From Mytilus californianus (lineage: Eukaryota), in the NCBI RefSeq assembly GCF_021869535.1, contig NW_026262679.1, positions 117,366,001 to 117,430,000 of the forward strand: a stretch of 64,000 nucleotides of DNA, given 5' to 3'. Below, piece after piece: positions 11,001 through 23,883 of the stretch. The position numbers were made by a program, and so were the translations under genes. The notes under the pieces were generated by a model, which was not told where the DNA came from, ran no database searches, and worked only from the letters and a program-made list of their open reading frames with translations. Position 1 is the stretch's first letter. The number at the start of each line of letters is the position of its first letter.

Positions 11001-14000
11001 TGGCCATTGGTAGACTTCATTAATATTCTAACTTTTCTTGGTAATCTTCATGCTAATATTTTTAACAAACATGACAACTTTTTCATTCTGTGATAGTGAT
11101 ATTCCATTGGTTTCTCATATAGTGTACATTTCTCAGTTTATTCAAAATTGTTCAGCGACCTTTCAAATTTAAATGAACTTAATATTTTCATTACTAAATA
11201 ACATTTAAACAGGAATTTAAATATCAAAACTTTTGCAAAATTTTATCATAGCTATAGGGATATATTGTTGAAGTATGATTCTACCTACAGAGGAATTTGC
11301 TAATTCAACCTACAGGTAATTCATTTAAAGAAAAGAAGTGTTACAATTTATTTTACACTCTTTTAATTGTAACAAAGCATAGATTAATACTAGTTGTAAA
11401 AAATTGCAGATTTAACTGGTGATTTAACTTGTTGATGAAGTACACTGGTGCACTTTATTTCCTAAAACTGAATTCCTTCGGGCATTTAAGAATTTCAAAT
11501 ATATATTATACCGAATTATATTTCAGAGTTGAAATTCATTTCATTAGATAAATTTTCCATTGATCAGAAATAATTCAAAACTTTCAATCAGTAAAAAGTA
11601 AAAATAAAAATCTGTTTGAAGTTTCTTTCCAAATAACTGAATTTTCATGAGTTATCTCCCCTCTCACAATGCAGCTTTCAAATAGATTGTCGTAAGAAAT
11701 TTGAAAAAATAAGGCAAACATGTCAAATAAATAGATGAAAAGATCAATAAAAAAAAAAAAATCACAAACATTGTATGTCTTTCACTATCATGTGCCAGGG
11801 AAATTAAATCATGTGGAATATTGCTTGAAAATATTAAAAGATATTTTGAAAAGAACAAAATAGTGTATTATAAGAGGAAATAGCATTTGGACAATAAAAA
11901 AAATCCCTGACCTGGTAAAGCAAAATGTTAATGAAATTGTAAAACATACTTTAATGTGTAAATATTAAGCATATAATAAAATTTTCAGTATATGAATTTG
12001 TAGATGAACTTGTGATTTCTGTTTACAGGAAATGGTTATTTACGACCTTAGTAGATTCATGCCTAGCTAACAGCAGTGGGAGTACAGTTAGTAATAGTAG
12101 TGTCAATATGTACAATAATTTTGTTAATATGGACGCTATCGATGTCAATTTAGATCCCAATGTACAGAATGGATATAACGTTGATCCTTCATCAAAGCAG
12201 CCAGACTTCCAAGAACATGCATTTAAAGAACTCAGAAACTGTCAAAAAGCTAGTGACAAATACCCTTCAAATTATAATGCTTGGAGCCATAGGATTTGGG
12301 TTGTTAAACATTGCTTAAATTGTTCACTACAGGTAAAATACCATTTTCTAATGTGTATATTTTAATAAGAGATTCTAACATGATACATATCACTTATGTT
12401 AACACAAGTGTTCTGTAAATAGCATTAATATTTTAGACACATACCTGCAACCTACAGTACTTGGCCATAAGTATTTGTCATTTGTGATTTTCCACTATAT
12501 ATTTAATATAAAACTATTTTTTTTTCATAGATAAATTTTAATGAACTTGGCATCAAAAGAAGCGAAATTGTCACATGCTTATTTCTTGATTTGGCTATAT
12601 TTTTGTTTTGAAGAGTTTACACTTTCTGATGATATATAGACATAGATTATTTTTTGTTTATAAATGCTATGTATTTCAACCAAATCAAATTGTAAAAATA
12701 TTATACGTGTTCATATCAAGAGAAAACAAAAACAATTGACAACAATATTATAACTGAATAAACAAAATTACCTTAGCCATTACTGTATCTTTTAACACCT
12801 GGTTTGTAAAAATCCAACAATAAATACCTTCGAAATATTTTTTTGAAAAAATGTCTTTTTGTATGAAATATATAGCAAAAAAGAAAGGTAACGAATACTT
12901 TTGGCCATGCACTGCAGTGTTCCCGCCTGCCCTAAATAGAAGGGCGGCCCGCCCTTGGTGCCCTTACCCCTGCCCTTCTGCCCTCCAAAGTAAAAGAATG
13001 CACCCCTCTGCCTTTTCAAAAAAATAAAATTTCCAAATTTCATACCTACCGGCGTTTCCGGTAAAATTGTTACCTGATTGTGTAACACTAATTAACTGAC
13101 AATGGGATTAAGTTAAATACCTAATGCTTTGGCAGTTTTATCACCTTTGTTAATGATTGTTTACTGCTAATTAGTGAATTTAAGATAATTGAACAAATAC
13201 TAGATATTTAATGCAGAATGAAATGTCCACATGTTATCCATTTGTAATGTTTATGTACTGCATGTACATCTGAAAAATATTATTTCAGTAGGCATAACAT
13301 AAAAAATAAAATCTTAAACAATTTTAAAGGCATACATAGTTTTGATTTAATTGGTAAAAATTGTTTTGTTTCATAACCAATCAGTATGAAATTTAAAGAT
13401 GAATCAAAGAAATTTGTACTTTGAACATAACAAGATTCACTTCCTGTTTTACTTCTTGTATTTTATAATCCTCCTAACATAGGAGCACTCAACAAATTTA
13501 TTTTTAACAATGATGGAGAAAAAAGTAACTGTTTATACCTTCTGCAATATATTATTGCATCAATATAAAATGATCATCTCCTGTCTCACCTGATATATTT
13601 ATAAAACTCCTTACTGAGGAGCACTTTGGTGTGCACTTAAAAATACTTTTTTGTAACAATTCAAATGATGATAAGGGAGCTACCATTTGATTTTTATGGG
13701 GGGGCTAGGATGAAAAATTTTGTCCTGCTTCTTTTTTTAGTTGTAATCTCTGTCCTGCCTTTTTATTTTTTACTCTATTCGGTCCTGCCTTTTTTTTACT
13801 AGTTTATCCTGAATTTTTTTACACAAATTGTCATCCTGCCTTTTTTTTTACCAAGTTGCTCATCCTGCCTTTTTTTTAACTCAAAACTCCTGTCCTGCCT
13901 ATTTTTGTCAAATTTCATCCTAGCCCCCCCCCCCCCCCCCCCCCCTCCATAAAAATCAAATGGTAGCTCCCTAAATAACTCTCAATAACATATATACTAT

Positions 14001-16602
14001 ATGTTTGAACAAGTAATCTAAATGTAGATAATTTAATTACATCAAACATTCAATTTTGCATGTATAACTCCATCTTTATAAACTACTTGTTTATTTTTAT
14101 AGACTGGTATAAGTTATAAAACATTGAAATTTCTGATGATTATTTTCCTTACCAAATGTACAAGTTTGTTTAGATTAACATCACAATGATATGCTTTGCT
14201 TCATGGTATGATAATTTGATAAAAAAAAATTCTTACTGGAAACAACATCAAGAACACATTAGTTTCTGAATATGGTTTAAATACAACTAATGTTCTCCAG
14301 CTGAGCCTAGCAATATTCAAGGTTACTTTATACACTGTCCAACAGTGCCCTTAAAATCTGGGTTATAACGCTAAAGTGCCCTTTCAGACAACTAGCACCC
14401 TTCTGCCCTGAGATTCAAGCTGGAACACTGCACTGTATATGTCAATGGAAAACCATTTATTGCATGAAATACATAAACATATGAATCAAAGAAAATCAAT
14501 TTATTGATGAGATACATAAACATATGAATCAAAGAAAATCAATTTAATGCATGAGATACATAAACATATGAATCAAAGAAAATCAATTTATTACACGAGA
14601 TAAACATATGAATCAAAGAAAATCAATTTACAGCATGAAATACATAAACATATGAATTAAAGAAAATCAATTTACAGCATGAAATACATAAACATATGAA
14701 TCAAAGAAAATCAATTTACTGCTTGACATACGTAAACATATGAATAAAAAAAAAAATTACTGCATGAAATACATTAACTTGTGTATCAAAGGAAAACAAT
14801 TTATTGCATGAAAAAGATGAATCAGTGTATCAAAGGTAAACAATGTATTACATGAATTACACAAACCTGTGTCAAAAGAAAACAATTTACTACACAAAAT
14901 GCATGAGCCTATGTGTCAAAGGAAAACAATGTATTGGATGAAATTCATGAACCTATATAAATGAAATTGTAAAAAATTGCATGAAATACATGAACTGATG
15001 TGTCAAAGGAAAACAATGTATTGCATGAAATATGTGAACCTATTTATAATTTTATTTCATTATAGCATGAAATACACGAACCTATGTATCAAAAGAAAGC
15101 AATTTATTGTATGAAATACATGAACCTGTGTAACAAAGAAATTTAATTTATTACATGAAATACACAAACCTAAGTTATTCTTCATCTTACCAAAATTCCA
15201 ACACTACTTACACTTGAAACATTTTCGTATAAACAACATGAAAATGATTGTTAGTTATCAAATATTTTTACAGGTTTTATTTGGTGAACTACATACAACA
15301 GAAAACTGGGTATCTAAACACATCTCTGACCATAGTGGCTTTCATTATAGACAATTTTTATTGACAAGTTTACAGAAACAGTCTATAGATCTGAAGGAAC
15401 AATTTTCTGTCTGTTATAGAAATTTAATACAGAAAGAACTTGCTACAACTATAGATCTGATCAAATGTTACGAGGGGCATGAGGCTCTCTGGTATCATAG
15501 GTAGGTTTGTTACAAGGAAAGTTTGGCTCTCTGGTATGAAAATTGCTCATCATTCCACATGTTCTAAAGAACTACAATAATGACAGTAGTGCTATATCAA
15601 GGTTTTTCAATTTTTATTTCTTAGACACCTACCTACTGTTTTCCGATACTTTTAGTCACATTTCGGGTGTACTTAGCACGACAATGTGTGCAACTTCTTG
15701 TGAGCTAGAAATTTATAAATAGAAATCTTACACCAGCTAACTTTAAGATGCAACAACATCTGAATAATTCATCAAAAGAAAACAAACAGTTTTATGCAGT
15801 GGATACAGAAATATTTTTGAATATCTGAAAGTGGGAGTGTGGTCTAAGTACTGTAAATTCAAAAATAATGGTGTGCATTTATTATTGCGATTTTGTCATT
15901 TTAGACCAAAATGCGATTATTATTTTTGCGATACTCAGAAAAATTCCGCTTCATTCATATAAAAAAATAAAAAATGCGAGTTTAAATTATTGGGATTACA
16001 ACCCTGTCGCATTTTTCGCAATAATTTCCGAATTTAGAATTTACAGTAGTTCATCTACTGTATCACTAGCCTGTCAACTTTTAGGTTGTGACTTCTATTG
16101 TAATTGATTAGAATTAACAGTTTTCCTGCTGCAGGTCATTGGTTCTCTGGCACTCTGGCTCTATTCACCAATGACAACTGATCACCATGATATAGACAAT
16201 AGTTCTAAAAGTGGGGTTAAACAACAATCAATCAGTCAATGAATGTTACAATGAACCATTCATTTTTGTTAGCACTATCCTTTGGTGTTTAAAATTTTCT
16301 TGTCTCAATACTAGATTTTGATCATTTCTTTCAGGAGATATATATTCCAGAATCTGTGTCAGAGTTACTCAGCAGGTACCTTAGTGGAATTGTTTCATCC
16401 ACAACATGAATATGAAGATGATATTGTATTGAACATTAGCCAAAAGAAAACAAAACTGGAAAATGAAAGACAAGTACTTCTTCTCAAAGAAATAGACACT
16501 GTTACAAAAAGTGATTTAATCAGTAAAGATAAATTTCATAAAAGTTTGGCACAGAAATACATTGACTGGATACAAAAATTTTCAAGGTCATTGGAGAGCT
16601 AA
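4975..16602 (+). CDS. PTAR1: Protein prenyltransferase alpha subunit repeat-containing protein 1 (GGTase-III alpha), complete, 7 exons, 406 aa
   Basis: Exons 4975-5045, 7150-7319, 8312-8387, 10388-10492, 12029-12332, 15274-15500 and 16335-16602 total 1221 nt in one frame with consistent phases. PTAR1 motifs: NRSPL..HKLGLEMWSVK, NPDCSTAWNIRKELI, KHPKSPETFSHR, KYPSNYNAWSHRIWV, HISDHSGFHYRQFLL, GHEALWYHRR. Confidence 0.95.
5319..5605. mobile_element. MITE with TIR cag(tt/gg)ctgccaa, interrupted by a younger hairpin MITE
   Basis: Left end cagttctgc(caact), right end cttggcagccctg; flanked by direct repeat TTGTAC (5313-5318 / 5606-5611); internal aaatgcgtgag repeats. Confidence 0.6.
5328..5451. 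mobile_element. 124-bp perfect-hairpin MITE (57-bp arms, 10-nt loop), TAG...CTA ends, 9-bp TSD
   Basis: 5328-5384 is the exact reverse complement of 5395-5451; CAGTTCTGC is duplicated at 5319-5327 and 5452-5460. Confidence 0.9.
6865..7015. mobile_element. MITE with ~19-bp TIR tagaccttatcgctatttg
   Basis: tagaccttatcgctatttg ... caaatagcgataaggtcta; TSD not clear. Confidence 0.7.
7150..7319 (+). CDS. PTAR1: PTAR1 exon 2
   Basis: ttttacag acceptor; DEYDFLPVLEPKHNRSPLILQDHKLGLEMWSVKILHHYAYN...; donor gtaaaa. Confidence 0.92.
7416..8238. mobile_element. hAT-type non-autonomous element (823 bp)
   Basis: TIR tagggatgtcaac / gttgacatcaata; 8-bp TSD GTTTTAAT (7408-7415, 8239-8246); subterminal (a/t)ctcgagta repeats. 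Confidence 0.85.
8312..8387 (+). CDS. PTAR1: PTAR1 exon 3
   Basis: ttttatag acceptor; GPLDLICLTRAIVLVNPDCSTAWNIR; donor gtatgg. Confidence 0.92.
8436..9300 (+). mobile_element. Helentron/HINE(pearl)-like element with ~191-bp tandem core (~4 copies)
   Basis: 5' hairpin ttcgacttttgtcgaa, (cgg)n tract, core repeats starting near 8519, 8709, 8901 and 9095, 3' palindrome gttccgcggaac followed by a T-run. Confidence 0.7.
9806..10195 (+). repeat. Interspersed repeat family A (ataagaagatgtggtatgattgccaatgagacaact...)
   Basis: Related copies at ~5930-6170, 30040-30310, 36937-36990 and 46588-47060. Confidence 0.8.
10388..10492 (+). CDS. PTAR1: PTAR1 exon 4
   Basis: KELIESGDLSVADDLKLGALVLGKHPKSPETFSHR; acceptor attacag, donor gtaaaa. 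Confidence 0.92.
10530..10795 (+). repeat. 32-bp minisatellite (~8 copies) derived from the PTAR1 exon 4 / intron 4 junction
   Basis: Unit cagaaaccttcagtcacagataacaaaaacat versus junction cagaaactttcagtcacag|gtaaaaaaa. Confidence 0.85.
12029..12332 (+). CDS. PTAR1: PTAR1 exon 5
   Basis: KWLF...KASDKYPSNYNAWSHRIWVVKHCLNCSLQ; acceptor gtttacag, donor gtaaaa. Confidence 0.93.
12915..14430. mobile_element. Non-autonomous DNA transposon with CAGTGTTCC TIR (hAT-like ends)
   Basis: cagtgttcc ... ggaacactg; flanking direct repeat CACTG; subterminal (g/t)gccc(t) repeats; contains a nested Harbinger MITE. Confidence 0.6.
13675..13971. mobile_element. PIF/Harbinger (Tourist-like) MITE
   Basis: TIR gggagctaccatttgatttttatgg...; 3-bp TSD TAA (13672-13674, 13972-13974); internal tcctgcctttttt repeats. 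Confidence 0.85.
14445..15170 (+). repeat. ~43-bp minisatellite (~16 copies) in PTAR1 intron 5
   Basis: Unit aatcaatttattgcatgaaatacataaacatatgaatcaaagaa, increasingly degenerate toward the 3' side. Confidence 0.85.
15274..15500 (+). CDS. PTAR1: PTAR1 exon 6
   Basis: VLFGELHTTENWVSKHISDHSGFHYRQFLL...YEGHEALWYHR; donor gtaggt. Confidence 0.93.
15851..16046. mobile_element. Tc1/mariner-type MITE
   Basis: TA|ctgtaaattc ... gaatttacag|TA. Confidence 0.8.
16335..16602 (+). CDS. PTAR1: PTAR1 exon 7 (coding part, to TAA)
   Basis: tctttcag acceptor; RYIFQNLC...LAQKYIDWIQKFSRSLES*. Confidence 0.88.
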
Positions 16603-16661
16603 TAGTCAAGATCGTTGGAAAGCTTGTTACAGAACTGAATACAATCTGGATACAAAGATTA

Positions 16662-16869
16662 CTGTGGATTCATTTATTTTTGTGTGTACCAATTTTTGTG
16701 GATTAAGGAAAATTTGTATTTTTGTGGAAATTTTATTTTGTGGTTTTGCAAAAGTCTGTATTCAAGCATGATAGACAAATTGTACTTCCTTGAACATTAA
16801 ATTCCTGGTTCACCTTTAACTACAAAATCCACAAAAACTAGTATCCAATGAATAATAATGAATCCACAG
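16662..16869. mobile_element. Tc1/mariner-type MITE 59 bp after the PTAR1 stop codon
   Basis: TA|ctgtggattcatt ... aatgaatccacag|TA. Confidence 0.8.
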
Positions 16870-17077
16870 TAGTTATGTCTCTAGTGTAGAAAAAAGTATC
16901 ATTACAATACACCTAATACACCAGACTTGCAGTCATACTAACATACTGACATAGATAAAACAGAGGAATTACAAACTGATAGTTGCACAAAAATAGGGTC
17001 ATATTACATAATGGTAAAGTATTTGAAAAATGTTAACTTTATGTTTTTTAATGTTTATGCATTGTTTTTTATTTATT

Positions 17078-17285
17078 CAGGGGTGTTTCTAGGATATTTG
17101 AAAGAAGGGGTGTAGAATCAAATCTTTTGCCTTTTTTGGACCTTTTTTTTGCTAAAAAACATAGAAAAATTGTGAAATGCACTAATATAACGGTTCCTGA
17201 CTTGGAGCATGTATATTTTATAGTTTTTTGTTTTTTGTTTTTTTTTAAAAGGGGGGGATTACGCCCTCACCTGGACCTGCCCCTG
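17078..17285. mobile_element. MITE of the caggggcggatccag type
   Basis: caggggtgtttctagg ... ctggacctgcccctg; TTATT on both sides. Confidence 0.6.
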
Positions 17286-19744
17286 TTATTTAAGCACTTT
17301 TTTTGGGGGGGGGGGGGGTTTATTTTTTATGCAACTTTTTCAATTATACAGCTTCAGTATATTGGTGAACTAACTCACTATATTGATGTCATATAAATAT
17401 GTTTTTTTTGCCACATTATTGGAAAAAGTACATGTCTATCTCTACTGATCACTTCATCACAACAGTAACAACATACTTTATAACCAAGGACCAGCCCATA
17501 AGGGGCATAAAGACCATACATATAAAGGAAAAATAATATTGATAAGTATAAATTTATAGATTTTCTATGGTTCTGAAAACAAAAGGGCATTTCTTGGTTA
17601 CGATCTCCTTAAAGGACAATAGTCCTTAGATGAGATATAGCCATGAAACTTTTTTTGAGTTGAAAGACGAACGATGATGTTTATTGCTTTTCCCTAGGCA
17701 ACGTCAATAATGTTGGCTTATAGCATCACTGTGTTCTCACTCTACTCAGCTGATAAAAACCCATTCTCAGTCAAGTAGCATGAGATGGAAAATGATCCCA
17801 AAGAAATATCAAAGAAAACTAAGAAAATAGAAATAAAGATACATTACCTCTGATTTTAATGTCTTGGTATTGCTTGGATTAGTTAGGCAAAATAATGATA
17901 AACTTTAATGTTGTAGAGTTTGTCAAAAACTGACTGTAGGTGTTAAACAGTCATGTTGACTGTCTTTAGATTGTATGTATGCATAGAAAGTGGCCACTTT
18001 ACCCTGTTATTTAATAAAAAATCATACAGTGCCAATGTTCCACTGAAATATAGATATATTTACACTTGTATACAAATTTGTCTGCCATAACTTAGTCACA
18101 CAAGTTCCCGTAACATTTTGTATCACAAAAAAATATACACCAGAGTTATATAGATCCACTTATATTTAAACAAGTCTAAATTGAAAACAACATTCAAACC
18201 TATGATTGCGTTGGATAAAAACCGCAATTTTTATACGTGTGCATGCAAAACAAATTTCTTGTTAGAGGGGTCTAAATACAGCACAAACAACATTTTTCAA
18301 AAGACCAAAAAAGTGAAAAAGTATATTTTAACAAAACGCATTTGACTAACAGGTCGAACAACAAATGTTCTTAATAGACCCTGCTGACTGCCATTGGCGA
18401 TTGCAAAATAAACGGATCACCGATGTAATAAATGGATCTTAATTTTAAATTTAATACTAAACAGAAAACAATAAACTTGCGGAAAAGATGATATACCGCA
18501 AACAAAAGGTGCAAAGGTTTTTGTACACCATATCAGGATTTCGACAAATAATGTCTCTTCAGTCCACTTATATATATATACACTGTCTTTATTCTTCACA
18601 TCTCAGTTGGTAGGCAGGTACTTATATTTACTCTTCTTAAACAATAAACTTGAACAATAAATGTATTGTTTAACATTATAGATGTCTGTTTATTAGCTGC
18701 TAAATTAGTATGTAGACGCATGAAAGTTATTGACACATGGTTGTTGTTGGAAGCTGTTGTTACTTATTGTAACATTATTGTGTATTTCTCTACATGTATT
18801 TATTTTGATTATCAGTCAATGACAGAAGTTGGAAGAATAAATACTCATTTAATCATGACATGTTTGCCAACATATATTCAGGGATTGCATTGAGTTAGTC
18901 ATTTGATGTTTTGATATGTATATTTATGTATTTCAGTTTATGGAGAAAAATATGAAGGAATGATAAAGTAAATTGATGAATCTAATTTTGATTTTGAGAT
19001 TTTGATCATATTCATAGTTTCTTTGATATAATTTTACCTCTTAAAAATAGTATTTATTATACATGTACTTTCTTTATGGTTGTGATTTTTTAAATTAAAC
19101 AACTTGTGTTTTGGGGTTTCTTACTTTTGCTTACAGAAGGTGAAAGCAAATACAAAAAATATCTATTTAAACAAAAATAAATTGACTTATTGTCATGTAA
19201 TTATTTGTATGAAAATACATCTCTTTATCCAAATTACATTTACAGTTTTGTCTAAACTCACTGTATTGCAGAACACACTTATATGCATGGACAAATTTCA
19301 TTTAAAAAAAGATGATTTTTTCCCCTTTTGAAAAATTTTGACATATATTTTCAAGTGGTACACGAAACCTAGTTCATGATGCATTTATAGCAAGTAATAT
19401 ATATACATCTGACTAATGACAAGAATCTCAGTGTACTAAGTGATAGCATTTCAATTTAACTGTTATATAATAAGATGTATGTAGAATATTATGCATTTTT
19501 TCAACTTTCAGTAGAAAGTTTTATTTCCTGTTTAACTTTCTTTTTTTTTTAATTGTTTGTTGGCCTTTAGGTAAATCTCTTGACTGTGCTAACATCTTCC
19601 GATTATCTGATTCCATGCTATTAATGATATTAGTTTTCAATACAGAATATATAAACACTAATACAAAACACAACAATAAGACAGACACCATCAGTCCAAC
19701 AGCATTATACATAAATAATGTCTGTTCCTTAAATGAATCTCATT

Positions 19745-20560
19745 ATTTTCCCCCGTGTAACACGTTGCGGGGGACATAGAAATGCTGGGTGTCCGTCCGT
19801 CCTGTCTTGTTAGCGCTCTCAAGTGTACAATTCTTGCCAGATTTTTATAAAACTTATATCATAGGTTTATATCAGCAATGTCTTGGACGAGTTCGAAAAT
19901 CAGTGCCGATCAATTATTTTTAAAAGAGTTATGCCCCTTGGAAACATAAATTACATGGAAAATTGCAATGTTAGCGCTCTCATGTGTACAATTCTTGCCA
20001 GATTTTTATTAAACTTATATCATTGGTTTATATCAGCAATGTCTTGGACAAGTTCGAAAAATCAGTGTCGATCAATTATTTTTAAAAGAGTTATGCCCCT
20101 TGGAAACATTAATTATATGGAAAATTGCATTGTTAGTGTGCTCATGTGTGCAATTCTTGCCAGAATTTTATGAAACTTACATTGTAGATTTATATCAGCA
20201 ATATCTCGGAAGGGTTTGAAATAAGTGTTGTTCAACTATTTTTAAATGAGTTATGCCCCTTAGAAATATAAATTATATGGAAATTTGGATTGTAAATACT
20301 CTTGCATGTACAAGTTTTGCCACATTTTTATCAAATTTATATCAAAGGTATATAACAGCAATGTCTCAGACAATTTCGAAAATAAGTGCAGATCAAATAT
20401 TTTTAATGAGTTTCCCTTGGAAATATTAAATATATTGGAAATTGCTCTCAAGTCTTCAACTCTCTAGTAAGATAATTTAAAAAAGTTTTAATTTAGTTAT
20501 TGTCCTTGGACAGAACAGATAAAATATGTGCAATGCGGGGGACATTGGAACTCGGTTCTT
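19745..20560 (+). mobile_element. Helentron/HINE-like element with ~160-bp tandem core (~4 copies)
   Basis: 5' cccccg..cgggggacat, gtccgtccgtcc microsatellite, core repeats gttagcgctctca..., 3' gcgggggacatt followed by T-rich end. Explains ORFs 19883-20173 and 20260-20467. Confidence 0.7.
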
Positions 20561-21079
20561 TTATTTGTAACAAGTTTATTATTGTGTTATTTCAGTAAGT
20601 ATATGATCCCACCTAATATATTTATACTAATTTAGCTCTCATAAATCTTCAATAGCACTGTTCAAAGGAAGAGGCATGTTAAATGCTATGATACGGTAAA
20701 CTGTTGTTCAGCCATATCTTGGGGTAGCTAAACTTTTCTTTTATATCCATTTTTTTCACAATGTTGATTCTATAAAGACAAATTTCAACTTGCTTTTGAC
20801 AATTTTCAGATGGGTCATTCCAGAGTTATGGAACTTTACTAATTATTTGGAGCATGTTTCCTTGATTTTTCCAAATATCAGGAAATTTCACTGTTCATTC
20901 AATTGCATTGTATATGGCAAAGAATTGCAAACATGATGGAGGCCTGAACATTGAACAAAACCTGACTAAAATAGTAACGTTTTTGACTTGAATGAACTAG
21001 ATGAGATGTCTAAAATATTATGTTGGATATGAATGTTGCTTTTTTTATCTGTTACAACACAGTTCTGGCAGCTTTCTAG

Positions 21080-21935
21080 TTTTTATACGACCGCAAAAAA
21101 TTTTTGCGGTCGTATATTGGTATGACGTTGGCATTGTTGTCCAAAGACACATTGGTTTTCGCACAATAACTTTAGTTTAAGTGAATGGATCTCTATGAAA
21201 TTTTACCATAAGGTTCAATACCACAAAAGGAAGGTTGGGATTGATTTTGGGGGTTATGGTACCAACAGTTCAGGAATTAGAGGCCAAAAAGGGGCCAAAA
21301 ATAAGCATTTTTCTAGTTTCCAGACAATAACTTGTGGAACGGTGTATGGATCTCTCTGAAATTATAACACAAGTTTCCATACCACAAAGGGATGGTTAGG
21401 ATTTGCTTTGGGGGGTTATGGCTCAAACCGTTTAGGAATTAAGGGCAAAAAAGGGGGAAAAACAAGGGTGTCCTGGTTAATGGACAAATACTTTAGTACA
21501 AAACATAATTTAAAGCAGTGTAAGGGAGGTAATTCAAATACATCATTTGAATTACCTCCCTTACACTGCTTTTAAATTATGTATAAAGTAATGGTTAATG
21601 AACAATTTAGACAATTTAAAAGCAGTGTAAGGGAGGTAATCCAAATACAACGTTTTGATTACCTCCCTTACACTGCTTGTAAATCAATTCGCAACAGCAA
21701 AGTGTTTTGCACAAAAGCAGAAAATTGAATATAAATTCAAATCATATAACCAATTCTAAGTTCTTTGACTACAGTTATTCTGTGTCAGAAACCTTTTATG
21801 TGTCAAATATTTAATTACAATCCAAATTCAGACCTGTATCAAGCACGAATATTGCGTCCATTTTTGCCCCAATTTTTCAGGGTCGTACCTCTGCGGTCGT
21901 ATCCAGCTGCGTTCGGCGAAGCAATTTATTTCTTA
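21080..21935 (+). mobile_element. Helentron/HINE-like element with internal double hairpin
   Basis: tttttatacgaccgcaaaaaatttttgcggtcgtata 5' palindrome; 3' gcttcggcgaagc-type hairpin remnant (gttcggcgaagc) followed by a T-run. Confidence 0.7.
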
Positions 21936-23852
21936 CATGTACCAAGTTATAGGGTTAATTTTAGATGCATAATTTTATATAGAGTTTCAAAATAAATCTA
22001 GTAAAATGTTTTAGCACGGATAAAAGTGTGTTGAAGGTTATAGATATTGTTTCTGACTTATTGACTGTATTACAATACCATGCACCTCAGAATTAACGGA
22101 TTGTACACTTTCAGTGCTTCTAAATTAATTTTTCTTTTTCGTAATATGCAATTGTGTATTTTACGGAGAAAATAATGATATTCATCTGTTATATATTAAG
22201 ATTATTCATTCCATTGCACATTTTTAAAAAAAATCAGTATGCAAAGAAAAGAAAGTTTTCAATAAAACTGAAAAGTATAGAATACAGGCAACAACCATTT
22301 ACTATGTAAGTTTAGATGTTTGAATAACCAATATTCCTAGCTGGAAGATGTTCATCAAAAGAATTTAGAAAATATAATATACACAAGTATAAAATTCAGT
22401 TTTCTGAGCCCTTTAAATGATCTTACAATTTTTTTTCAAAATGCCCGAGTCCATTAAATATTCCTGACAACTCCCAAAAACATAGCAACCTTTGGGTAAA
22501 TAGAGAATATTGGTTTTCACTGATGATAATTCTTTCCTGTGATATTACAGAGCCTATTACAGTCAATTACTAGTAGTCATTGATGGTAGTTTCTCTGCAA
22601 ATTTGAATGTCTGATGTCATCACCTGCCTTCCATTATAACTACTTCTGTTTTTATAAACAGAAATTTTCAGAAAAATTATTTTGAAAATTAAGTTTGATT
22701 AATTGGTTTAACAAATTTCTAACAATTTATTTAAAGTCATACCATTATTTGCCCAAATTGTAGAAAAGTATAATTAGTTCATGTCAGTTCAGGTTTAGAT
22801 ACACCCAATACATGTACTATAAGCACAGGTACACATAGTTTAACATCTATACAATATATAACAATGAATGGTGTTGTATAAGAATAATTATAAATTATGT
22901 AAAATAACACTTTCATAACTAAATATGTTACGTTATATAATGTTTGTACAAGGAATAACTAAATATGTTACGTTATATAATGTTTGTACAAGGAAGTCTG
23001 ATCTTGTTATCCTTTCTGAATGCAACCTTCACAATGCAGTGTTTGTTTTTCAGTCATTGATATGATGATGGAAGTTTTTAACGACCTTGACTGGCTATAC
23101 AGCCCTTGCACGGTTTGCAATATTTATACTTATGAACTTTTATTCAGATAAATGGAACAGTCCCTTTTCCTCAGATAAATGATTTAGTCCCTTGTAAAAC
23201 AAGGGCAAACATTTAGACATCATTCATACACTTTTTTGCATGTAAGATTAGACCAAGATACAAGAAATAGCACATGACATTCTCACACAAGAATCTGTTA
23301 AAATTGCATTTATTTTTATTTGCAATTGGCCCTTAATGAGATGTCTGGTATACAATGAGACAGCAAACCAATACCACAATATAAGTTATGTATTTTAGCA
23401 TCATGCCATCGTCAGCTAATAATTATTTAACCCAAGAAAGTTAACTCCCATTTAATGACATTTTAAGTTTCTAAACCCTAGCCAGATCCTCATATTAAGT
23501 ATAAGTTAGGTATGATACCTGTAATTTATAATTGCTTTTAATTGAGGATTTTATTATGTTTTAATTTTTAAAATTATAACGAATGGGCATGTTTTAAATT
23601 TTGATAGCATTTTATTTTATGCAACATTTTTTCGAAATGGTAATAACAGTTCTTGCACATGATTTAAAATCTTTTTAATTTATGTTTAAACTTAAATTTT
23701 AAACGATGTTTAATATTGATGTTTGTACAATATTATTGGGAATTTGTCTATATAATTTTCAGGCTATTTTATTAATATACTGTACTCATATTTACCTACC
23801 ATAACTTCTGATTTTATATTGATACAATAATCTGCCCGTTGACCAGTAGAAG

Positions 23853-23883
<31 letters not shown>

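Noticed and set aside
22915-22995. Isolated two-copy tandem duplications (also ~24900-24980 and ~25390-25480)
   Set aside because: Ordinary slippage duplications of ~40-44 bp with no sign of function.
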